A model generated the notes under the pieces. It saw only the letters and a list, made by a program, of their open reading frames with translations, was not told the DNA's origin and made no database searches. From positions 1 to 27,298 of IMG/VR virus record IMGVR_UViG_3300042363_000450: a DNA stretch of 27,298 nt; one strand, written 5' to 3'. This DNA comes from a virus. Its lineage: Duplodnaviria; Caudoviricetes. The stretch's first letter is position 1, and every line of letters starts with the position of its first letter. A program made the position numbers and the translations under genes. Below, in pieces: positions 1-7,150 of the stretch.

Positions 1-1316
1 TTGGTATCTTGGACATCGCTTCGCCTGCGCGTTGAGGTTGCCTGCCCTGATCCTGAGTGAATCAATCCTAGTCGATCAGCCTCTGCCATCGTCCTGATAC
101 CGTCAGCGACATGAGATGCCCATGTGTGAAGCGGCGCATTGCGTACGACTCCCAACGACGAGTCTGCTGCCATCTCGTAAGCCTTGATGCCCTTGACTCC
201 AGTTTCACACGCGGGCAGACTCCACTCAAAGCTCGGCATCAGCTCACGGACGTAGCCAATGCCCTGCCAGTAATCAGGGATCACCGGCACAACGACCATC
301 GACCGGAACCCAGCAGCAGCGGCATCAGCCTCAAAAGTAAACCCATTGCGCTGCGTTTGCCTTGCATCGTGAGGTAGGTAGTGCCGGCCATAGTTGTAGC
401 CTTTCGCGCTCATATGGGCAAACCGCTCAATGATGGTCAAATCTAGCCCAATGTCGCAATCAATCCATCTCCACCGGCCAAACGCCAGCCTCTGACCATA
501 CCAGACGACCGTGTTGCGCGGCCCGCCGAGATCCCAGAATGTATGCACCGGCGACCTGCCATCGATAGGAAACTCGCCAATGCGCTGCTCTGCCAGTGCC
601 TTGCTCATCTCGCGACCGTAGATGGCATTCTCGTTGCTGACCGAGAAGTCACAATAGAACTCCTGCCTGATGAGTGCCTCGCTCATGCCTGACTTGCGCT
701 CCTCATCGATCTGCTCGAGCGAAATGGCGCCGGTGTCCTCGACCGTCATGACCTGAGTCATCCACGCAGGATTGTCACGGTTGCACTTGAGCATGTCGAA
801 GAAGTGATTTTCTCCGCGAGGAGTGCCGTTGAACCAGGCAAAGCCTCCATTTTCAGCCAGAATCGGGCGTGTATAATCCCATGCCAACGGATTCTGGTTC
901 TGGTATTCCGAGAAGACAACGCCGTAGTAGTTACCGCCAACAACGTCGAGATTGTCAGTGCCGAGAATCTGAATCGTGGATCCGTTGATCAGTTCGATTC
1001 GCATGTCAGTCTGATTCGGTGGCTTTGCGAGCAACTCCTTCGGGATGTGGTCGATCACGCGCATGCCGTTGGTCACGTCCACGTTGAGCCACAACGCCTT
1101 CTTGCCCAGCGCAGCGGTCGGGAAGTAATACGCATAGTTTGCGCTCTTCTCAGCCGCTTTGCAGATCAGCTTGTTGAAGCACAGCTTGTCTTTGCCGGCT
1201 CGCCTGTGAAGCACCATCAACACACGCTTCTTTTCATCCATCTCACGCCAGATCGGGAGTTGATACGACCTGGGCGTGAATCGATGCGGAAGGTTGATTT
1301 CGATGGTGCGTGCCAC
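1..1316 (-). CDS. terL: Terminase large subunit (3' end runs off the window)
   Basis: Not in the ORF track because it has no stop in the window. Hand translation from GTG at 1316 gives MARTIEINLPHRFTPRSYQ...MVLHRRAGKDK (Q motif and Walker A), GVVFSEY (Walker B-like), FNGTPRGENHFF, QEFYCDF, nuclease motifs TFWDLG and YLPHDA, and C-terminal HTWASHVADG. Confidence 0.95.
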   Translation of the reverse strand, partial: MARTIEINLPHRFTPRSYQLPIWREMDEKKRVLMVLHRRAGKDKLCFNKLICKAAEKSANYAYYFPTAALGKKALWLNVDVTNGMRVIDHIPKELLAKPPNQTDMRIELINGSTIQILGTDNLDVVGGNYYGVVFSEYQNQNPLAWDYTRPILAENGGFAWFNGTPRGENHFFDMLKCNRDNPAWMTQVMTVEDTGAISLEQIDEERKSGMSEALIRQEFYCDFSVSNENAIYGREMSKALAEQRIGEFPIDGRSPVHTFWDLGGPRNTVVWYGQRLAFGRWRWIDCDIGLDLTIIERFAHMSAKGYNYGRHYLPHDARQTQRNGFTFEADAAAAGFRSMVVVPVIPDYWQGIGYVRELMPSFEWSLPACETGVKGIKAYEMAADSSLGVVRNAPLHTWASHVADGIRTMAEADRLGLIHSGSGQATSTRRRSDVQDT

Positions 1317-1317
1317 G

Positions 1318-1683
1318 TTATTGCTTGGTGATCGTGATCTTTACCTCACCGGTGACATCAGACTTCTCAGGTTCGTTCCAGCCATGCATTCGACCAAGCA
1401 GTTCAGCCGCACGCAGTTGTTGAGGATCCGCTTCAATGTGTCCATCGACAACATCCCAGATGAATTTCACAAGTTCCTCCTTTTTTCGCTCAGTTTTCTC
1501 AGCTAGCCCAGAGCGAATCTCATCAATCCGTTCCTTCATACCACGAACTACCATGAATTCAGCGGCGTGAGTGTCAGCATCTTTCGTTTTACCAGTAGCC
1601 TGTCGCCAGGCTTCAGAGGCATTCCCGCAAATGCAGTAATTCTGCGCGAATGCTTCATGCTTGGGATTTTTCAGTGCTGGCAT
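1318..1683 (-). CDS. terS: Terminase small subunit
   Basis: N-terminus LKNPKHEAFAQNY..GNASEAW is typical of TerS HTH. Ends 1 nt before the terL start. Confidence 0.85.
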   Translation of the reverse strand: MPALKNPKHEAFAQNYCICGNASEAWRQATGKTKDADTHAAEFMVVRGMKERIDEIRSGLAEKTERKKEELVKFIWDVVDGHIEADPQQLRAAELLGRMHGWNEPEKSDVTGEVKITITKQ

Positions 1684-1708
1684 AATTCAAATAGTAACGG
1701 TCGAAGCG

Positions 1709-2038
1709 TTACATTTCAACCTCAGGTTTGGCGAGCACCCACCGCTTGAGTGTCGAGTTGGTCTTACCGAACGGAACGCCGGCATCGATTTCTTTGCCAA
1801 TCTCATCGCGGAAGATTTCAGAGAATGCTTTGTTGGTTTCAAACGCTTCGCGACCGGTCATCGTTTTCTCTTCACCAAGATCTTGCTGGTTTGCGACGAG
1901 TTTGTAGCAGTGAACGGCATTGAGATAATCGACTGCTTTTTTGTTGTGCTTCTTTCTGAGCACCTTGGATCTGAGATTATCGCCAATGATTTTGTCGGCT
2001 TGTCTGATTGCTGTGAAGTATGGGTTAATCGTTCTCAT
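1709..2038 (-). CDS. Hypothetical protein
   Basis: 109-aa ORF filling the gap between the helicase and terS, with an ACACACAAC-ATG leader. Confidence 0.7.
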   Translation of the reverse strand: MRTINPYFTAIRQADKIIGDNLRSKVLRKKHNKKAVDYLNAVHCYKLVANQQDLGEEKTMTGREAFETNKAFSEIFRDEIGKEIDAGVPFGKTNSTLKRWVLAKPEVEM

Positions 2039-2046
2039 GTTGTGTG

Positions 2047-3315
2047 TTATTCCTGAATCTCTTTGAAGGTAAATGTCGCACCAGAGAACGCAAGAGGCAA
2101 CTGCCAGTGGCGTGACCCACCTCGGTTCTTATCGCACCACAGGTTTCTGAGTGCGTCATCAGTGCCGCCATCTGGTTTCTCCACCTTGCTGATGATGAAC
2201 ACACCGTCAGCATCCTGGCCGATTGCCCGTGATTCGCGCAGTTTGCCGGCATCGTTAAGCTGGGAAGCGGTGAGAATGTGGGTGCCAGTGCGTTTCGCGA
2301 CCTGCTTCATCCGGCGTGAGATGCGTGCGATAATCTCCTCGCGAGTCGCGCCTTTCCGGCCTTCGTCCTCCATAAGTTGCAGGTAATCGACGACAGCGAT
2401 GTCATATCCACCATGCTCAATGTCTGACAGGATGTCGGATGCACTTGCTGTGTCGGTATTGACCAGATCACAGCCCATGGCTGAGAGTTGTCTGATTGAT
2501 CGCGAAAGCATATCCTGCTGTCCTCGGCTCATTAAACCGCTGTAGAGCGCACCGTTATCGACTCCGCTGTCTTCACACAGGAGACGCATCGTCTGCTCGC
2601 TGGTGGGCATCTCTAGCGAATACCAAGCGACTCTGGCACCGGCTACCAGTGCATTTCTCGCGCAGTTCTGCATGATTGCCGATTTCCCGTCTGATGGTAA
2701 GCCGGCGAAGACACTGACCCTGCCTTTCTGCAATCCGCCGCATTTCTGGTCGATCATTGGGAAACCGGTTGTCCAGCCTGGTATTGCACCACCTCGTTTC
2801 ATTCGCTCTTCGATCTCATCCATCGTCTGGCTGATCGCGTCCTTGATCGTGATTCGGGACAGTTTGCGAACCACTACGTTATCGACCGCATCCAACGCTG
2901 CTTGTGCTTTTTCGATGGCATTCGCGATTGGTATGCTTTCGTCGGCAAACGCATCCAGCGCCGTCTGGTGCGCTTCGATGTTTCGTCTGGCGAGGTATTT
3001 GTCTTCGACGACTCGCTTGTATTGCAGGTAATTGCTGGAGTGTGGGACAAAGCAGAACAGTTCCGAGATGTATGCGGCACCACCGACCGACTCCAACTCT
3101 CCCTTGTTGCGGAAGTGCTGAGTGAGCAGAGGCGCATCGATTGGGGATCCTGAATCATACAGTGCCACAAGTCCGGTAAAAACCTTCCTGTGGACGTCTG
3201 AATGGAATGCAGAGACATTCAGCGTGTTCCGAGCATCACCAATGCGTTCGACAGGGTCTTGGAGGAAGCAGGAGATGAGCGAACTTTCAGCTTCGTGGGA
3301 ATGAGGTAAGGTCAT
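2047..3315 (-). CDS. dnaB: DnaB-like replicative helicase
   Basis: LPHSHEAESSLI N-terminus, Walker A GLPSDGKS, SLEM, VVDYLQL, ASQLN, LRESRAIGQDAD, KNRGG. Start moved to ATG 3315, which gives an ATGA overlap with the upstream stop. Confidence 0.95.
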   Translation of the reverse strand: MTLPHSHEAESSLISCFLQDPVERIGDARNTLNVSAFHSDVHRKVFTGLVALYDSGSPIDAPLLTQHFRNKGELESVGGAAYISELFCFVPHSSNYLQYKRVVEDKYLARRNIEAHQTALDAFADESIPIANAIEKAQAALDAVDNVVVRKLSRITIKDAISQTMDEIEERMKRGGAIPGWTTGFPMIDQKCGGLQKGRVSVFAGLPSDGKSAIMQNCARNALVAGARVAWYSLEMPTSEQTMRLLCEDSGVDNGALYSGLMSRGQQDMLSRSIRQLSAMGCDLVNTDTASASDILSDIEHGGYDIAVVDYLQLMEDEGRKGATREEIIARISRRMKQVAKRTGTHILTASQLNDAGKLRESRAIGQDADGVFIISKVEKPDGGTDDALRNLWCDKNRGGSRHWQLPLAFSGATFTFKEIQE

Positions 3316-3992
3316 AAACAAGATTGTGGGCGTTGAACTTTTGGTGCTGGTTTCTCGTCTTGATATCGTTTTGCGTTCAGGTAACTAGCTGGATATGGAA
3401 TGTATCTCCCGCCATCTTTTGTCCATTCGTCTGACTTCCGTTGCCAGTTTAATGAGTCGATGACCGCTTGAGCGTCTGGCCTGATTTTATCCCAAGCTTT
3501 TTCTGCATCGGCTTTGGCGATCTTTCTGGGATATGCAGACCAAAATTCTTCAAAACCTTCTGTCGTAGGCTTAAGCTTTTTTTCTTTTTTTGGCGACTCT
3601 TTTTCCGTTTCCGTTTCTTTATCCGTTTCCTTTTCCTTTTCTTGTAGGGTATGGATACCCTTTGGATACCCTTTCAAACCATGTTTTTCAAGACTAATGA
3701 AGATTGGATTGTGAGCCTTACATTCTCTCGAAAGATTGCCATATTGGAACTCAATGAATTTAGGAATAAAGAATTTACCACATGGCAATTTAATAACCCT
3801 ATGAGCAAACTCTGATAGGGTATCCATAGGGTATGAATAGCCTATCTGAAAGGATGCCAGTTCAATGTCGGCATCAATGACTCCAGCATTATCACAGCTA
3901 TCCAAAAGCCATGACCATAAAAGCTTCATTTCAGGTTTTAGCTTCCTGAACCAAGGGTCTTCCCATTTATTAGTTTCGGTAAATCGTTTCAT
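3312..3992 (-). CDS. Replication initiator (lambda O-like / replisome organizer)
   Basis: MKRFTETNKWEDPWFRKL..KLLW..LLDSCDNAG N-domain, KEKEKETDKE linker, FEEFWSAYPRK..K..A.KAW and YIPYPASYLNAKRY C-domain. Lies directly upstream of dnaB. Start set to ATG 3992. Confidence 0.85.
   Translation of the reverse strand: MKRFTETNKWEDPWFRKLKPEMKLLWSWLLDSCDNAGVIDADIELASFQIGYSYPMDTLSEFAHRVIKLPCGKFFIPKFIEFQYGNLSRECKAHNPIFISLEKHGLKGYPKGIHTLQEKEKETDKETETEKESPKKEKKLKPTTEGFEEFWSAYPRKIAKADAEKAWDKIRPDAQAVIDSLNWQRKSDEWTKDGGRYIPYPASYLNAKRYQDEKPAPKVQRPQSCL
3646..3847. repeat. Putative iterons / replication origin inside the initiator gene
   Basis: GGATACCCTTT x2 (3653-3674); palindrome AGGGTAT-GG-ATACCCT (3646-3661); the inverted unit as three 11-bp tandem copies ATAGGGTATCC/ATAGGGTATGA/ATAGCCTATCT (3815-3847). 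Confidence 0.7.
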
Positions 3993-4183
3993 AGATTGCC
4001 CTCCGTCCATTGCGTATTCATCGCCTGTAGAATGTCGATTAAAGCGGGAACACGATCCCATTCAAAAAATACCGCGCACTCTTGATGTGGCGGCTGATCT
4101 TTTTCGCTATCAATAATGAGTATTCCCAATTCGTGGGCTTCAATAACGATTTCTTTTCTGGATTCGAATGTATAAGTGGTCAT
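3989..4183 (-). CDS. Small hypothetical protein (64 aa) translationally coupled to the initiator
   Basis: MTTYTFESRKEIVIE... from ATG 4183. Its stop overlaps the initiator start (ATGA). Confidence 0.65.
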   Translation of the reverse strand: MTTYTFESRKEIVIEAHELGILIIDSEKDQPPHQECAVFFEWDRVPALIDILQAMNTQWTEGNL

Positions 4184-4192
4184 AAACAAGGC

Positions 4193-4316
4193 CGCCCCAG
4201 AACTCCAAGGTTGGAAACCGTCATTGCTCGGCGTCCTTGAAGGCTGGGGCGTTTTATTTCTTTGTTCATGTTGCAATGTAATCTTTAAGCCGTTTCCACG
4301 CGGCTGCCTTGCGGCA
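4193..4316 (-). ncRNA. Structured leader, c4/CI-like antisense RNA plus its target
   Basis: Minus strand has TGCC-GCAA-GGCA and GCCG-CGTGGAAA-CGGC hairpins, then a long stem CGCCCCAG...CTGGGGCG that encloses GTTTCCA, complementary to the TGGAAAC loop sequence. Confidence 0.55.
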
Positions 4317-4320
4317 AAGG

Positions 4321-4348
4321 ATGCTATTTGGCAGTAACTGCCGAGCAA
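4321..4348 (-). promoter_or_regulatory. Sigma70-like promoter with a palindromic operator in the spacer
   Basis: TTGCTC-16 nt-TAGCAT on the minus strand. The spacer holds the palindrome GGCAGT-N-ACTGCC (4330-4342). Confidence 0.55.
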
Positions 4349-4376
4349 GCGATTTTTATGATTCTAAGAACGCTTT

Positions 4377-4437
4377 GCCGAACCTGCGCTGCACCGAACT
4401 GTGCCATGAGGCTTAGTCGGTGAGCTGGCTGTTCAGC
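4377..4437 (+). mobile_element. Integron attC-like recombination site (61 bp)
   Basis: GCCGAAC / CTGC / GCT-G-CACCGA-A-CT ... AG-TCGGTG-AGC / TGGCT / GTTCAGC: paired R boxes, 4/5-nt unpaired spacer, two extrahelical bases and a short terminal hairpin. Confidence 0.7.
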
Positions 4438-4631
4438 GGAAGAATGTCTCCAAGAACGGCTCGGATTGTGCGGATTTCCTGCGAGGTCAGTTCTCCGCAA
4501 CGGAGCCTCAACCCCTCATCGCTCTGATCCCGCCAGTCGATCACTCGTCGTTGCGTCTGCATGGATTCCGCCATCAGTGCCTCGCGACAGTCACAGCCAA
4601 AGTGGCATGTCATACATATTGGGTTATTCAT
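4413..4631 (-). CDS. Hypothetical protein ending inside the attC-like site
   Basis: 72 aa with CxxCxxxCxC and LRLRCGELTSQEIRTIRAVL. The last residues LNSQLTD are encoded by the right arm of the attC-like site. Confidence 0.7.
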   Translation of the reverse strand: MNNPICMTCHFGCDCREALMAESMQTQRRVIDWRDQSDEGLRLRCGELTSQEIRTIRAVLGDILPLNSQLTD

Positions 4632-4661
4632 AGTTAGGTATTCAAAAAGTTCTGGATGTCC

Positions 4662-5537
4662 TCATACAATCCCATCTCCACCAGCATCTAGTGACTCGTC
4701 AAGAGGCTTGATGAATTTAATGAAATTGATTGGGAGTCCGCAATGATGGCAGAATTTGTAACCTTGGAAGGCCGGTGGCGCATGCTCAAAGCACATGCAC
4801 TGCCTGCATCCTGTGTCCCAGTTGCCGTCATAGTCTGACCTCCAATCACAAAAATTGTTGGCTGGGTCAATAAGCTTGGCAGCCATGTATGCAGACAAAG
4901 CGGCGTCTTGCGAAGGCGTGGTGCCGTATATCGGTGATAGGCCGCCGATGGACTTAGCCAGGCCATCGGCTAAGGCCCGCAACTTGGCAAGTTGAACGGC
5001 CTGCCTTTGGATTGTCTGAACATCGCGGGCGGATGCGTGGATGTGCGATTGCGTCCGCTCTTGAAGACGTTCGAGGAGTTCGGTGATGCCGTGCTCAAGA
5101 TTACTGATTCTATCCTCATAATTCTGCTCTTTGATCTCCTGTGCCTTTTCTGGATTGCATCTCTCGCATCCGTCTCCGACGAGTCGGGTTGACAAGGAAC
5201 ACTGGCATACCTCACTCTTTGCCTTCGCGGCATTAAGCTCGCGCTCTAGTTGGCGGGCGTGATCAAGCATAAAGTTATAAATAGCAGACTCCTGACATGC
5301 CGACAATAACCCGTCATTGAGTTGGTCTGTTCGTGGTGTTGGTGACGAGTCTGGTTTCGTTACCAACTCCGTAAGCACCGCATCCCGAACAGCGGCGGCG
5401 AATGCTTGGCGGGCGGGTTCGTCGGGAATCCATGAATGTGATTTTTCCGACACTCCCATGTAATGGCAGCAGAGTCGGTCACTAGCAAATGCCGCTGCGG
5501 CTCCAATGTCTGCAAGTTCTTTAAGTGTGTGTGTCAT
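4662..5537 (-). CDS. Mosaic hypothetical protein with Cys-rich modules
   Basis: 291 aa containing TPRTD...ARQLEREL, CQCS...CERCNP, a coiled coil and a C-terminal C..W.TGC...FCHHCG zinc ribbon. Confidence 0.75.
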   Translation of the reverse strand: MTHTLKELADIGAAAAFASDRLCCHYMGVSEKSHSWIPDEPARQAFAAAVRDAVLTELVTKPDSSPTPRTDQLNDGLLSACQESAIYNFMLDHARQLERELNAAKAKSEVCQCSLSTRLVGDGCERCNPEKAQEIKEQNYEDRISNLEHGITELLERLQERTQSHIHASARDVQTIQRQAVQLAKLRALADGLAKSIGGLSPIYGTTPSQDAALSAYMAAKLIDPANNFCDWRSDYDGNWDTGCRQCMCFEHAPPAFQGYKFCHHCGLPINFIKFIKPLDESLDAGGDGIV

Positions 5538-5776
5538 TGTGTAGGTGCCTTATATTTTGAGAGTTTAGTGACCTTCAGTGGATATCCGAGATCAACTGCC
5601 CACTTCCGCATATCGTCGATATTGTATCCAACTCGGCGTTCTGCTTTTGATCCTGGGTATCCTGCCAGCAGGATTGCGTTTGCACGCTTCAGTATCCGAA
5701 ATTTTTCATCATTTGTTAGTGCAGCATGCAGAGCATACTTCCTTCGACCTGCTTCGGTTCGTTCTGTTGTGTTCAT
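5534..5776 (-). CDS. Hypothetical basic protein, possibly HTH
   Basis: 80-aa ORF with an ATGA overlap to the downstream gene. Confidence 0.65.
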   Translation of the reverse strand: MNTTERTEAGRRKYALHAALTNDEKFRILKRANAILLAGYPGSKAERRVGYNIDDMRKWAVDLGYPLKVTKLSKYKAPTQ

Positions 5777-5796
5777 TGTTTTGTTTATTGATGTTA

Positions 5797-6222
5797 TCAG
5801 AAATGAATTTCTTCAGTAGAATCAAGGTCAGGCTCAGGCTTTTGATAAGCGATCTTGCGTGACGGCAATTGATCTGATTGCTCTGGCATTGCTGGTTGAG
5901 CAGATCTTGCTTTGTCATTTGGCAGCAAGGTGAACTGGGTGACAACGAAGATGAGTTTGCGCTTTTCATCGCCGGTTGTCTTATCGTTCCACTTATCCTC
6001 ATCAAGCCTGGTTTCGAGCGCAACAACGTGACCTTTCTTCACAAAGTTAGCAAAAGTCTCAGCCGGCTTTTTCCAGATTTTGAAATCCAGAAACACGGTT
6101 TTCTTTTTGTCACCAAATCCAATGTCAAGTGCTCCGCTGAATTGAGCAACTGCTGACCCATCAGGAGTGTAACGGATGTCAGGATCACGAGTTAGGCGGA
6201 CGATAAATTGTTGTGCGTTCAT
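5797..6222 (-). CDS. ssb: Single-stranded DNA-binding protein
   Basis: RLTRDPDIRYTPDGSAVAQF, W.K.AE....VKKG..V, and acidic tail ending EEIHF. Start set to ATG 6222. Confidence 0.92.
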   Translation of the reverse strand: MNAQQFIVRLTRDPDIRYTPDGSAVAQFSGALDIGFGDKKKTVFLDFKIWKKPAETFANFVKKGHVVALETRLDEDKWNDKTTGDEKRKLIFVVTQFTLLPNDKARSAQPAMPEQSDQLPSRKIAYQKPEPDLDSTEEIHF

Positions 6223-6226
6223 TTGG

Positions 6227-6517
6227 TTATTTCTTTTTAAGGTTGGTTGATTCTGAAGTTGATGCTGCGTTCCACAGTTTGGTGACGATATCTGGCGGGA
6301 TGCAATGCGTTGAGCTACCACACAACCAGTTAACGATTCGCGACATTGGAATTTTGGATTTCTCCGAGAGTCGTTTGAGAGTGACCTCATTGCGAATCAT
6401 CTCTGATCGGATTAGTTTGGAAAGATCACGAGACAAATTGTCTGCCTCGATTGTTTGCTGAGACGCAATAACTCGTGATCGAGCGAGTGCTTTTCTCATG
6501 GGCTGGATGCTATTCAT
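6227..6517 (-). CDS. XRE/Cro-like HTH protein
   Basis: VTLKRLSEKSKIPMSRIVNWLCG fits an HTH pattern. Start set to ATG 6517. Confidence 0.6.
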   Translation of the reverse strand: MNSIQPMRKALARSRVIASQQTIEADNLSRDLSKLIRSEMIRNEVTLKRLSEKSKIPMSRIVNWLCGSSTHCIPPDIVTKLWNAASTSESTNLKKK

Positions 6518-6881
6518 TTTCTTTTGTGATCGTAATTTCGATGCGTGGATTTCTGCTGTCCTTTGCGAAGACCGGTCTTTCCGGCCACAGTGCTCTGTCG
6601 TTGACGATAATGCCGGCATCAGCAATCCCATCTTCAGCCGCTTTCAGCGATGCCATGAAATTTGATGGATCAGGGAATGCTTTTGTCTTGAAGAATGCTT
6701 TGGCGTTGAGCTTTGCTTTTTTCCATTTTGGTTGCTGTTCATTTCTGAGAGCACAGAGCGATGCCGCCCAGGCATGCATTCGATACTTTTTCACATGCTT
6801 CGCTTTCACAGCCCAGTGGCACCGAGCGTTTGGCGATAGCATGCGCGGAGGCAGGTCGAGCACTATTGTTATTTGTTCCAT
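6510..6881 (-). CDS. rusA: RusA-like Holliday junction resolvase
   Basis: LPPRMLSPNAR.HW, PDPSN..ASLKAAEDGIADAGII.ND, and PRIEITI. Confidence 0.8.
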   Translation of the reverse strand: MEQITIVLDLPPRMLSPNARCHWAVKAKHVKKYRMHAWAASLCALRNEQQPKWKKAKLNAKAFFKTKAFPDPSNFMASLKAAEDGIADAGIIVNDRALWPERPVFAKDSRNPRIEITITKENE

Positions 6882-7150
6882 CTGCGTTCCCTTTCTGCGT
6901 CGTATGCCTGATCTGACTCGTGATCACATTTATCACAGTCTCCCCATTCGTTACCATGCTTGCAGCAATCTAACGTGTAATGCTCAGGCTCGTATTGCTC
7001 AAATATGGATTCGGGATATTGATCGAAATCAGGGTCAATAGTTTTCCCACATAGAGTGCAAACGCAGGATCCATCTTCCATCACGTCCATCATCTCATCG
7101 CAGCACTCTGGTGCTTCAGGGTAGTCAGGTGGATCGTCTCGGTGGGTCAT
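6869..7150 (-). CDS. Acidic Cys-rich hypothetical protein
   Basis: 93 aa with CC...CxCxxC and CCKHG...CDKC. Overlaps both neighbours. Confidence 0.7.
   Translation of the reverse strand: MTHRDDPPDYPEAPECCDEMMDVMEDGSCVCTLCGKTIDPDFDQYPESIFEQYEPEHYTLDCCKHGNEWGDCDKCDHESDQAYDAERERRWNK

Noticed and set aside
4289-4437. tRNA, or the attC hairpin as a simple terminator
   Set aside because: No cloverleaf or T-loop consensus. The 4377-4437 stem has bulges at attC-specific positions and lacks a good U-tract.
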